DNA from: a bacterium
GTDB taxonomy: Bacteria > Patescibacteriota > Minisyncoccia > Phycocordibacterales > UBA9973
Length of the DNA: 41,283 nucleotides
Direction: 5' to 3'
Assembly (NCBI GenBank): GCA_037200905.1
Contig: JBBCGN010000003.1
Coordinates: forward strand, 1-41,283
This document shows positions 27,221 to 35,843 of this stretch, in pieces. The notes beneath the pieces were generated by a model that was not told where the DNA came from, did not search any database, and worked only from the letters and a program-made list of their open reading frames with translations. The position numbers were made by a program, and so were the translations under genes. Position 1 is the first letter of the stretch. Each line of letters begins with the position of its first letter.

Positions 27221-29302
27221 CTACTGAGCTTTCTTGGTATCTTCTTTTTTCGTATCGGCAGGCGCGGCCGGAGCGCCCTTGAGCGTGCCGACATACTGCT
27301 GGAGGCTCTTGTCGTTCGGAGAGAGGCCGAGGGCCTGCTCGGCATAGGAAAGAGCGGCGGCATTGTTGCCGTCGGCCTTCGCGGCCTGGGAGAGGATGAT
27401 GTATGCGTCGATATAGTCAGGCTTGAGCGAAAGGGCCTGATTGGCGAAATCCTTCGCCTCCTTGCTCTTGCCGCTCGTGAGCGACAGGCGCGCGAGGGAA
27501 AGCTTGATGCCCGGATTGAGCGGGTTGAGGCTGCCGGCCTTCTCATACGCCTCGACAGCCTTGTCGTACGCGCCGGTCACGCCGAACGGCGCGACCGTCT
27601 CGTACACCGCGCCGAGCGTGGTGTAGTTCAGGTAATTGCTCGGATTGTACGCCACGGCGGAATTGGCTCCGCTGATGGCCTGATCGAAGCTCGATTGCAG
27701 AGTAGCCTTGTCGGCGTCCGATATGTTCTGGCCCTTGGCGACGATGCTGTTGAGCTGCACCAGGTATATCTGCGCGTAGGTCCGGAAATACAAGTCGTTC
27801 GCATAGAGGGACAAGGCCTTATTGATCGAGGACTGCGCCTGCGGCACCGTCTGCGCGGCCACGGCGCTGCCGAAGTACGGCACCGACGCGAAGCGCTCGA
27901 CGAACTTGAATCCGGTGGCAGCCGTGATGATCATGACGAGCACCAGGAAGAGTATGGAGAAGAAGCTCTTGCGGGGATCGTCGAGGAACGAGATGACGAT
28001 CTCGCCGTTCTCGCGGTTCGCCGCGGACAGGCCGACGAACACTCCGGTAAAGGCGAAGGCGAGCAGGAAGAGCACCGTGCCCGTCGGATAGAAGAATGAC
28101 GCCACGAAGAGGTACACCGACGCGATGAAGAAGATGATGGCGTCCTGACCGGTGCCGTGCTTCATGCCGGACGAGAACGACTTCACCCCTGCCCAGACGA
28201 AGAGCACGATGAACGCGAGCCAGGCGAGGATGCCGAGCGAGCCGGTAGTCGAAGCGAAGGTCGGTATGGTGCCGGAGCCCGCGTTGAACGACGCGTCCCA
28301 GAACTGCGTGGAGTTGATGGAAACGGGCTTATGGGCGGCCCAGACCTCGGTGAACCGGTTCGGACCGATGCCGAAGACGGGATCCTTGCGCAGGGCGCTG
28401 CCCGTGACCTTCATGGTCGTGCCGAGAGAAGGGCTGATCTCGATATTGGAAGTGCCGAGATGGTTCGGCAGGAATGAGCCGATGAAGTTTCCCGTCATGA
28501 AGAAGAGCAGCGATACCATGATGATGACGAGGGAGAAGATCGGGAAATGCTTGTGGCGGTCTTCCTTGTGCATCTCGCTCGAATACAGGGAGATCTTGTA
28601 GATGAACACGATGAGCGCGAAGATGCCGATCATCTCCCAGACGAATATGAAGTTCACGATGGCCGCCATGACGAGCGCCAGTACGGCGATGGTGCCGAGC
28701 ACCCATTTGAGCCGCTTCGAGAGAGCGAAAAGCTCGGTCAGGAAGAGCGAGACGATGGCCGCGAACCCGGCGAAGAGGCCGAGGGCGTTCCAGGTGCCGA
28801 AGACGTTGTCAGTCTTGCCGCCGAGCACTCCGAGCGACAGGGCTTGCGGGGCGAATATGCGCAGTATCTGGAAGATGAAGACCACGCCGAACGAGACGAC
28901 TACGCCGAGAAGCACGAGCTTGGCCTTCCTCGAATCGCGGAGCACGACGGAAGACACGAGCATGAGGAGAAAGGCCGCGAACATGAACCAGAACGTGCCG
29001 ACGTCGAACATGATGCCGAAGAACGACATGCGGGAAGCCGTAGAAAAGAGCGCCGCGAGGAGAAAAGCCACCGTGACGCCCAAGGCCGAGACGAGCACCC
29101 AGGATTTCGGAAAGATGATCTTGCCGCCGGAGAACCGCGCCGCCGTCCAGAAGATGATGGAGATGGTGAGGCCGACGACGAGGAGCAAGCCCTTCGAGGT
29201 CTCTACCGGCACCTTGACGAAGGGCAGGAAGAAGATCGGCAGCAAGACGAGCACTATGAAGAGCGACCAAAAAGAAATCCTATCGAGTACGTTTGATATC
29301 AT
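27221..29302 (-). CDS. Polytopic membrane protein (O-antigen ligase/Wzy_C-like) with C-terminal TPR repeats
   Basis: Many TMs, FGTWNALG, PVFGIGPNRF, TGSLGILAW; TPR-like AYEKAGSLNPLN, ALSLKPDY. Confidence 0.8.
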   Translation of the reverse strand: MISNVLDRISFWSLFIVLVLLPIFFLPFVKVPVETSKGLLLVVGLTISIIFWTAARFSGGKIIFPKSWVLVSALGVTVAFLLAALFSTASRMSFFGIMFDVGTFWFMFAAFLLMLVSSVVLRDSRKAKLVLLGVVVSFGVVFIFQILRIFAPQALSLGVLGGKTDNVFGTWNALGLFAGFAAIVSLFLTELFALSKRLKWVLGTIAVLALVMAAIVNFIFVWEMIGIFALIVFIYKISLYSSEMHKEDRHKHFPIFSLVIIMVSLLFFMTGNFIGSFLPNHLGTSNIEISPSLGTTMKVTGSALRKDPVFGIGPNRFTEVWAAHKPVSINSTQFWDASFNAGSGTIPTFASTTGSLGILAWLAFIVLFVWAGVKSFSSGMKHGTGQDAIIFFIASVYLFVASFFYPTGTVLFLLAFAFTGVFVGLSAANRENGEIVISFLDDPRKSFFSILFLVLVMIITAATGFKFVERFASVPYFGSAVAAQTVPQAQSSINKALSLYANDLYFRTYAQIYLVQLNSIVAKGQNISDADKATLQSSFDQAISGANSAVAYNPSNYLNYTTLGAVYETVAPFGVTGAYDKAVEAYEKAGSLNPLNPGIKLSLARLSLTSGKSKEAKDFANQALSLKPDYIDAYIILSQAAKADGNNAAALSYAEQALGLSPNDKSLQQYVGTLKGAPAAPADTKKEDTKKAQ

Positions 29303-29380
29303 ATTGAAAAATACTAATTAAAAGTAAATAATCTACGGCCTGTAATACACATTATAGTATCACAAAACCGACTTACACAA

Positions 29381-32224
29381 CTAAATAACGATGTTGATAA
29401 GTCTATTTTTGACATAGACTACGCGCTGTGACGTCTTGCCTTCCATATATTTGGCAATATTCGCATTTTCGAGCGCCGCTTTCTTGATATGTTCTTCGGA
29501 TTCGTCCACGGCGGCGCTCATAGTGCCGCGCAGCTTGCCGTTTATCTGGAGGGCGATCTCTACCGTTTCGTCCTTTATCAGATTCTCGTCGAATGCCGGC
29601 CACTCGGCGAGATGGATCGACTCCGTTTCCCCGAGCTCGTGCCAGAGCTCTTCGGCGATATGCGGCGCGAACGGCGCGAGCAGTCGGAGCAGCGTCTTGT
29701 ATTCGTCTTTCTGCACAGCATCAGCTTTCTCCCACTCGTTCAAAAGTATCATCATCTGCGCGATGGAAGTATTAAATTTGTATTCCTCCATATCGGCTGA
29801 CATTTTCTTGATAGTCTTATGGAGCGTCGGCGTCACCTTCCCGTTTTGTTCTTTTGCGATCTTCGCCGAGAGTTTCCAGACGCGCTCAAGGAATCTGCGC
29901 ACGCCGACGACGCCATTCGGATCCCACGGATAGTTCACCGTCACGCCGTACGGACCCATGAATGAAAGATAGAGGCGTACCGTATCGGCACCGAGAGTTT
30001 CCACAATCTCATCGGGATTGATGACATTGCCTTTCGATTTGCTCATCTTATTGCCATCAGGACCAAGAATCAGTCCGCGATTGCGGCGCACGGTGTACGC
30101 TTCATCGTCTTTTACCAAGCCGAGGTCATACAGCGCCTTCGTCCAGAATCGCGAATACAGGACATGCATCGTAGTGTGCTCTGCGCCGCCCATATACAGA
30201 TTTATTGGCATCCACGCATCCATGCGCTCTTTTGCAGCGAATTCCTTGTCATTTCTGTTATCAAGATAACGATAGAAGTACCACGACGAATCTACGAACG
30301 CATCCATCGTCTCAACCTCCGGCTTCCAGCCTGCGCCAAAAATTTTCTCCGTACGCGCAAAAAGTTCCTTGCTGCGCGCCAGTGGCGCAGTACCGTCCGG
30401 AGTGTGATCGACATCGGTCGGCAAGAGCCACGGCAAATGTTCCTCTGGTATCGGATGCGCTTTGCCTTCGGGGTCATAGACTATCGGAATGGGACAGCCC
30501 CAATAGCGCTGGCGAGAAATTCCCCAATCCCGGAGTCTGTATGTGTTCACTAATTTTCCGCCGACGGCTTCGGTTATTTTCTTTATAGCTTCTTTTGAGT
30601 CAAGACCGTCGAATTCTCCCGAACTTGCAAGTATACCTTTTTCTGTACTTGCAAATTCCATGAATGCTCTATTCCAGATAAGCTTCATGTCTTCTACCCA
30701 TGACAAATATTGTTCCATCTCTTCCCTTGGAATCCAGACCACATCATGAATACTTTTTTCTTTTTCAGAAGTTTCCTGCTGGTCGCCATTTTGCAATTCG
30801 AAAAGTACAGGATGAAAATGTGCCCAACGATTTTCTTTTTTTACAACATGATAAAACTGAGCATGAACGATTCCAGGAATCTCTTTTACAAACTTCGCAG
30901 ATGTATAGCCAGTTTCCTCGACGATTTCACGCATCGCTGCTGTTTTAGCATCTTCCCCTTCTTCTATTCCCCCGATGACAAATCCGCGCCAGTCTGTCTG
31001 CTTCCATTTGAGACACAAATATTTATCTTCAGACCAATGCTTGATGATAGCTACGGCTGCATTTCGCTTTACAAAAGGCAGGCCGTCCTGCACATTACGT
31101 ACGCCGTCCTTCTCACCTGTCTTTCTAAAAAGTGGTTCTACTACTTCCCGTATCGGCAAATTAAACCTCTTAGCAAACTCAAAATCTCTTTCATCGTGCG
31201 CCGGCACGGCCATGATGGCGCCCGTGCCATAGCCCGCGAGCACGTAATCCGCGATCCAGATCGGGATTTCCTCTTTGTTCGCAGGGTTGATGGCTTTTAT
31301 GCCTTTGAGTTCCACGCCGGTCTTTTCTTTCGACTGCTGGCGATCAAGCTCGAGCTTCTTCTTTGTGGCATCGATATATGCTTCGACATCTTCCTTATTC
31401 TCGATATTCGAGAGAAGCTCCTGCACAAGCGCATGTTCCGGCGCGAGCACGAGATATGTCACGCCGAAAATAGTATCGGCTCGAGTGGTGAATACTCTTA
31501 TTTTTTTATCTGAACCGACAAGCCCAAACTCAAGCTCGCTGCCCTCGCTCCGGCCGATCCAGTTTCTTTGCGCCGCCTTGATCTCTTCCGGCCAGTCGAG
31601 CTTTTCAAGATCATCGACGAGCCTGTCGGCATACTTCGTGATGCGCAGCATCCACTGCTCCTGATCGCGCTGGATGACTTCAGTGCCGCAGCGCTCGCAT
31701 TTGCCGTCGATGACCTGCTCGTTCGCAAGTATGGTCTGATCCTTCGGGCACCAGTTCACTTTCGTGCTGGCGCGGTATACGAGATCGTTCGCCAGGAATT
31801 TATTGAACATCCACTGCGTCCATTTGTAGTATTCCGGCGCGCAGGAGACTATTTCCCTGTCCCAGTCGAACATGGCGCCCATGGAGCGGAGCTGCAGGCG
31901 CATCTTGTCCATCTGTTCGTATGTCCAGACTTTCGGATCGGCGCCCTGCTTGATGGCGGCATTCTCCGCCGGCAGGCCGAATGCGTCGAAGCCCATCGGG
32001 TAGAGTGAGTTATACCCCTGCATGCGCTTGAAACGCGCGAAAATATCAGGGATGGAAAACGCATACCAATGTCCCGTGTGCAGATTGCCGGAAGGATAAC
32101 TGAACTCCACAAGCGTGAAATAATTTTCTTTTCCTGGAACCTTATCCTCTACTTTGTAGATTTTCTTATCTTCCCACTCTTTCTGCCATTTCTTTTCAAT
32201 TTTTTTGTGGTCGTATTGTTTCAT
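29381..32224 (-). CDS. leuS: Leucine--tRNA ligase with internal Nudix domain
   Basis: HTGH (HIGH motif), NWIGRSEG, FTTRADT, GTGAIMAVPAHDERD, DWGISRQRYWG, KMSKS; Nudix box at 30905-30973. Confidence 0.96.
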   Translation of the reverse strand: MKQYDHKKIEKKWQKEWEDKKIYKVEDKVPGKENYFTLVEFSYPSGNLHTGHWYAFSIPDIFARFKRMQGYNSLYPMGFDAFGLPAENAAIKQGADPKVWTYEQMDKMRLQLRSMGAMFDWDREIVSCAPEYYKWTQWMFNKFLANDLVYRASTKVNWCPKDQTILANEQVIDGKCERCGTEVIQRDQEQWMLRITKYADRLVDDLEKLDWPEEIKAAQRNWIGRSEGSELEFGLVGSDKKIRVFTTRADTIFGVTYLVLAPEHALVQELLSNIENKEDVEAYIDATKKKLELDRQQSKEKTGVELKGIKAINPANKEEIPIWIADYVLAGYGTGAIMAVPAHDERDFEFAKRFNLPIREVVEPLFRKTGEKDGVRNVQDGLPFVKRNAAVAIIKHWSEDKYLCLKWKQTDWRGFVIGGIEEGEDAKTAAMREIVEETGYTSAKFVKEIPGIVHAQFYHVVKKENRWAHFHPVLFELQNGDQQETSEKEKSIHDVVWIPREEMEQYLSWVEDMKLIWNRAFMEFASTEKGILASSGEFDGLDSKEAIKKITEAVGGKLVNTYRLRDWGISRQRYWGCPIPIVYDPEGKAHPIPEEHLPWLLPTDVDHTPDGTAPLARSKELFARTEKIFGAGWKPEVETMDAFVDSSWYFYRYLDNRNDKEFAAKERMDAWMPINLYMGGAEHTTMHVLYSRFWTKALYDLGLVKDDEAYTVRRNRGLILGPDGNKMSKSKGNVINPDEIVETLGADTVRLYLSFMGPYGVTVNYPWDPNGVVGVRRFLERVWKLSAKIAKEQNGKVTPTLHKTIKKMSADMEEYKFNTSIAQMMILLNEWEKADAVQKDEYKTLLRLLAPFAPHIAEELWHELGETESIHLAEWPAFDENLIKDETVEIALQINGKLRGTMSAAVDESEEHIKKAALENANIAKYMEGKTSQRVVYVKNRLINIVI

Positions 32225-32245
32225 TGGCTTGGCCCGATTCGAGTA

Positions 32246-33322
32246 TTACTGCACCATCATCTTCGCTGCCGGCTCCGTTGCCGGCTTCGGATATGGAGGA
32301 TAGAGGTCCTTGTCGATCGTGCGAGTGTAGCACGTACGACCAGCCTGGTGATCCCATGATTCGTTTACTCCGGAGCCTCCGGGAGCAGCCACCGGTCGGG
32401 CAGAAACAGAGGTATCCATGAATGGTGTTATGCCGCCATAACCCTGATTCTCCTGCCAGCCTTGCGGCATGACTGCGGAGTATGTGGCACAGAGCTCGAA
32501 GCTCGGATCAGTCTTCGCATCTCCTGCTGCCTTCACGCTATATTCATAGGTATTGCCTTTCTCGAATTCCGGATCGACAGGGATGGCGAAGCCGGAAAGC
32601 GGATTGGAAAGATCGGACAGAGACGCGGGCAGTTTCTCCTTCTGCTGCCAGTAGCTGATGACCTGCCACTGGATGCTCTGCAAGTCCTGCACGCGGCGGT
32701 CATCCAGGCGCCAAACGCGCTGCTGCCCGGGCGTACCCATGACATGGAAGCTCCAGATGATGAGAGCGATGACGAGGATGGAAGACTTGATAGCGGACCA
32801 GGCGCCGACGTTGAAGACGAATATCTTTTCCTTACCCTGGAGTTCGAGGATGTAGTAGATGCCGACGATGAGCGCCACGATCAGCACCGCCACGACTTTC
32901 AGGATGAATCGCGTGGTGATCTCGCCGGAGACGAAGTAGCGCACGAGAGTGACGAGGTCGACAGCCACGACGATGGCGGAAAGGAAGAGGATGATGTACA
33001 TGACCCACTTGCGGATGATTGTGTCGATAGAGCCCATGCGGCGCGAGTGCTTCTTCCAGAAATACGAGACGATGAGGAATATCGGGAAGAAGATGATCAG
33101 CGTGGCGAGAGCCATGCGGATGGAGTCGTAATTGTACGAATTATAGCCGTATTGATAAGTGGCATTGAGAGCGTCCGGAAACTGCTTTTCGAGCGTGCCA
33201 AAAACGAGATTCAAGAATGAGACGACCGAAGTGATCAAGGAGATCAGAACGCCTAGTGATAAGAAGAAGAAACCGAGGCTGAACTTAGCTTTGTTTTGCT
33301 GTGCATTTAGTTGTGTTTGCAT
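32246..33322 (-). CDS. DUF5671-type membrane protein
   Basis: Several TMs, IRMALATLIIFFP, IRKWVMY, GEITTRFILK, RLDDRRVQDL, FELCA; TGATATAGT 7 nt upstream. Confidence 0.75.
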   Translation of the reverse strand: MQTQLNAQQNKAKFSLGFFFLSLGVLISLITSVVSFLNLVFGTLEKQFPDALNATYQYGYNSYNYDSIRMALATLIIFFPIFLIVSYFWKKHSRRMGSIDTIIRKWVMYIILFLSAIVVAVDLVTLVRYFVSGEITTRFILKVVAVLIVALIVGIYYILELQGKEKIFVFNVGAWSAIKSSILVIALIIWSFHVMGTPGQQRVWRLDDRRVQDLQSIQWQVISYWQQKEKLPASLSDLSNPLSGFAIPVDPEFEKGNTYEYSVKAAGDAKTDPSFELCATYSAVMPQGWQENQGYGGITPFMDTSVSARPVAAPGGSGVNESWDHQAGRTCYTRTIDKDLYPPYPKPATEPAAKMMVQ

Positions 33323-33368
33323 ATCGCTTACTATATCATAAGAGCATAGCAAAATAAAATTGACTACG

Positions 33369-33731
33369 ATGAACAACGGATTCGAAAATTTCTCCAAAAA
33401 ACTGACCAAATGGATCGGCTCGCCGCAGTCGCTCGTCGTGCACACCATCTTCTTCATCGCCATGTTCTCATTGCGGCTCTTCGGCATAGCGGCCGCTGAC
33501 ATCCTGCTCGTACTCACCACTATCGTCTCGCTCGAGGCCATCTATATGTCCATCTTCATCCAGATGACGGTGAACAAGCACGCCGAAGAGCTCGAAGAAG
33601 TTTCCGAAGATGTCGACGAGATACAGAAGGATGTCGACGAGATCCAGGAAGACGTGGAAGAAATCCAGAAAGACGTGGATGAGATTCAAGAAGACGTCGA
33701 GGACATCCAGGAAGAAGTGAAAGAGGAGTAA
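33369..33731 (+). CDS. DUF1003-like membrane protein with acidic heptad-repeat tail
   Basis: TKWIGSPQSLVVH, LTTIVSLEAIYMSIFIQM, (EDVDEIQ)n. Confidence 0.8.
   Translation: MNNGFENFSKKLTKWIGSPQSLVVHTIFFIAMFSLRLFGIAAADILLVLTTIVSLEAIYMSIFIQMTVNKHAEELEEVSEDVDEIQKDVDEIQEDVEEIQKDVDEIQEDVEDIQEEVKEE
33606..33710 (+). repeat. Five 21-nt coding tandem repeats
   Basis: GAAGATGTCGACGAGATACAG-like units encoding [EK]DV[DE][ED]IQ. Confidence 0.85.
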
Positions 33732-33759
33732 AAAAAACCGGCCTTTGAAAGGGCCGGTC
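33730..33759 (-). terminator. Intrinsic terminator (minus strand)
   Basis: ACCGGCCTT/AGGGCCGGT stem with an 8-T run on the minus strand. Confidence 0.75.
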
Positions 33760-33841
33760 TAAAGAAATAAGCGGTCTAAAGAAATAATGAACCGTATGTT
33801 CGGCGAGGAGCATACGTGAAATAGTACCTGGAGAATATACG

Positions 33842-34747
33842 CTAATCCTTGCTGTTTGTCCACACAGCGGTATGCGCGAGCGAGAGCAGGCGGCCATTCG
33901 ACTTTTCCCTGACGCACATCTCCCCCTGCTTCGTTTCCCCGTCGAAATCTTTCATAGTGTCCGCCAGGGCATAGCCGAGCGCGAGTGCGGATGAATCCGT
34001 AGCATACGAGGTCAATATCACGAAGAGCGGCTTGCTGCTCAAGACTTTCTGCACCAGGGCCAAAAGCTGCGGCAGCTTTTCTTCGATCTTCCAGATCTCT
34101 CCTTTCGGCCCGCGGCCGAATTTCGGCGGATCCATGATGACGGCATCGTATGCATTGCCTCTTTTCACTTCCCGTTCCAAGAATTTCAATACATCGTCTT
34201 CGAGCACGCGCATGGGCAATGCTTCCAGCCCTGAAAGTTTCTGATTCTCTTTGGCCCAGCTGAGGGTCTGTTTCGAAGCATCGACATGCGTCACTTCGGC
34301 GCCGGCGGCGAGCGCCGACAGGCTCGCGAGGCCCGTGTAGCCGAACAGGTTCAGAAACTTCACCGGCTTCTTCGCGGCACCGATCTTTTCAGAAATGAAA
34401 TCCCAGTGACTCGATTGTTCCGGGAAAAATCCGAGATGGCGGAACGGCGTGGGCGACGCCAGGAATTTCAAACCCCCGTATGCCATGTGCCATTTCTTCT
34501 CCACCGCATCTTTTAGCTTCCAGCCGCCTTTGGCGCCGGTCTTGGTGCTCCAGAATTTCCCGTCGGCGGCATCCCACTCCTTTTTCGAGAGCGTCTTCGG
34601 CCACGCCGCTTCCTCGTACGGCCGCACGAAGGCGTACGGGCCGAAGCGCTCGAGCTTCTCGCCCTCGCCCGTGTCGAGCACCTCGTAATCTTGCCAGCCG
34701 TCGGCGGCAAACAGAGATATATCCGCCCCCCGTTCCCTTTTTTCCAT
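33842..34747 (-). CDS. Class I SAM-dependent methyltransferase, RlmI/RlmK-like
   Basis: FRHLGFFPEQ, LNLFGYTG, THVDAS, IMDPPKFGRG. Confidence 0.88.
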   Translation of the reverse strand: MEKRERGADISLFAADGWQDYEVLDTGEGEKLERFGPYAFVRPYEEAAWPKTLSKKEWDAADGKFWSTKTGAKGGWKLKDAVEKKWHMAYGGLKFLASPTPFRHLGFFPEQSSHWDFISEKIGAAKKPVKFLNLFGYTGLASLSALAAGAEVTHVDASKQTLSWAKENQKLSGLEALPMRVLEDDVLKFLEREVKRGNAYDAVIMDPPKFGRGPKGEIWKIEEKLPQLLALVQKVLSSKPLFVILTSYATDSSALALGYALADTMKDFDGETKQGEMCVREKSNGRLLSLAHTAVWTNSKD

Positions 34748-34782
34748 AGCTTTCATCATAGCATGAAAAGCAAAACTGCGCT

Positions 34783-34811
34783 TTGACCAAATCAGATATA
34801 TGTGTTAATAT
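34783..34811 (+). promoter_or_regulatory. Sigma70 promoter TTGACC-17-TAATAT
   Basis: Read directly; TG upstream of the -10. Confidence 0.55.
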
Positions 34812-34832
34812 AGGCACAAATATTTCTTTGAT

Positions 34833-35705
34833 ATGAGAATGAGAAAACTGAAGATTACCAGATCGATCACAAACCATGATTGCCCGTCCACGGAGAAATA
34901 CCTCTCCGACATCAGCAAGATTCCCAGAGTGACTCCCGACGACGAGACCAGACTGACACAGCTCATACGGAAAGGAGACAAGAAGGCTCTGGATACGCTC
35001 GTACAAGCAAACCTGCGCTTCGTAGTATCTGTCGCAAAGCGATACCAGCATCAAGGCATGACGTTCGGAGACCTCATCAACGAAGGCAACATCGGCCTCA
35101 TCACGGCCGCCCAGCGCTTTGATGAGACACGCGGCTTCAAATTCATCTCGTTCGCCGTGTGGTGGATACGTCAGAGTATCCTGCAAGCCCTCGCAGAGGG
35201 ATCAAGAATGGTCCGTCTGCCGCACAACAGGATACTCGTCCACAACAAGGCACGGCGCTTGGCGAACAAGTTCGAGCAGGACAACGAGAGAGATCCTTCC
35301 GACGAAGAATTAGCAGAACTCACGGGCATGACCGAAATCGAAATCACCAGGTATTATCAAGGCGATGCCTTCCATACTTCTCTCGATTCGCCGATGAGTG
35401 CCGATTCCGATAATGAGACGACCATGGGCGACATGCTCGCGGACGAAGGCAGCGCCGATGACAGGATCATGCGCAAATCCCTGCAGGCGGAAGTCCGCGA
35501 GCTCTTAAAGTCGTGGACGCCCAAAGACAGGGATGTCATCATCGCTTATTTCAGGCTCGACGGCGAGTACGGGCTCGATGTCGAAGATGTCATGAAAAAG
35601 TATGGCCTGACGAGGGAAGGGGTGCAGCGGATCAAGGAGCGGCTGGTACGCAAGAGGTTTCGAAAGCCGCAATACCGACAGAAGCTGAAACCTTATCTCG
35701 GGTAA
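34833..35705 (+). CDS. RpoD/SigA-family sigma-70 factor, Bacteroidota-type (no region 1.1), copy 1
   Basis: MRKLKITRSITN, ANLRFVVSVAK, DLINEGNIGL, FDETRGFKFISFAVWWIRQSILQAL, C-terminal YLG. Confidence 0.92.
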   Translation: MRMRKLKITRSITNHDCPSTEKYLSDISKIPRVTPDDETRLTQLIRKGDKKALDTLVQANLRFVVSVAKRYQHQGMTFGDLINEGNIGLITAAQRFDETRGFKFISFAVWWIRQSILQALAEGSRMVRLPHNRILVHNKARRLANKFEQDNERDPSDEELAELTGMTEIEITRYYQGDAFHTSLDSPMSADSDNETTMGDMLADEGSADDRIMRKSLQAEVRELLKSWTPKDRDVIIAYFRLDGEYGLDVEDVMKKYGLTREGVQRIKERLVRKRFRKPQYRQKLKPYLG

Positions 35706-35721
35706 CCGGTTTGTGAATCAC

Positions 35722-35761
35722 AAAATCCGAAAATGCAGCGCATTTATCGGATTTTTTTATT
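35722..35761 (+). terminator. Intrinsic terminator
   Basis: AAAATCCGA-AAATGC/GCATTT-ATCGGATTTT followed by a T-run. Confidence 0.75.
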
Positions 35762-35774
35762 GCACGGATGAGCT

Positions 35775-35803
35775 TTGACAAAAGACCCTCCCTTCTGTAC
35801 GCT
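35775..35803 (+). promoter_or_regulatory. Sigma70 promoter TTGACA-17-TACGCT
   Basis: Read directly. Confidence 0.5.
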
Positions 35804-35843
35804 TATGGAAACAACCATTCTTTCATATCTAAAACTCATACCT

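Noticed and set aside
26576-28099. Long antisense or alternate-frame ORFs (also 1553..2728, 7196..7882, 28547..29296, 32462..33220, 40447..41100)
   Set aside because: Shadows of GC3-biased real genes on the opposite strand; no motifs or expression signals
30650-31130. Intein in leuS
   Set aside because: No Cys/Ser start, His-Asn end or LAGLIDADG motif; the insert carries a Nudix box
33606-33710. Possible CRISPR array
   Set aside because: Contiguous 21-nt coding repeats with no spacers and no cas genes
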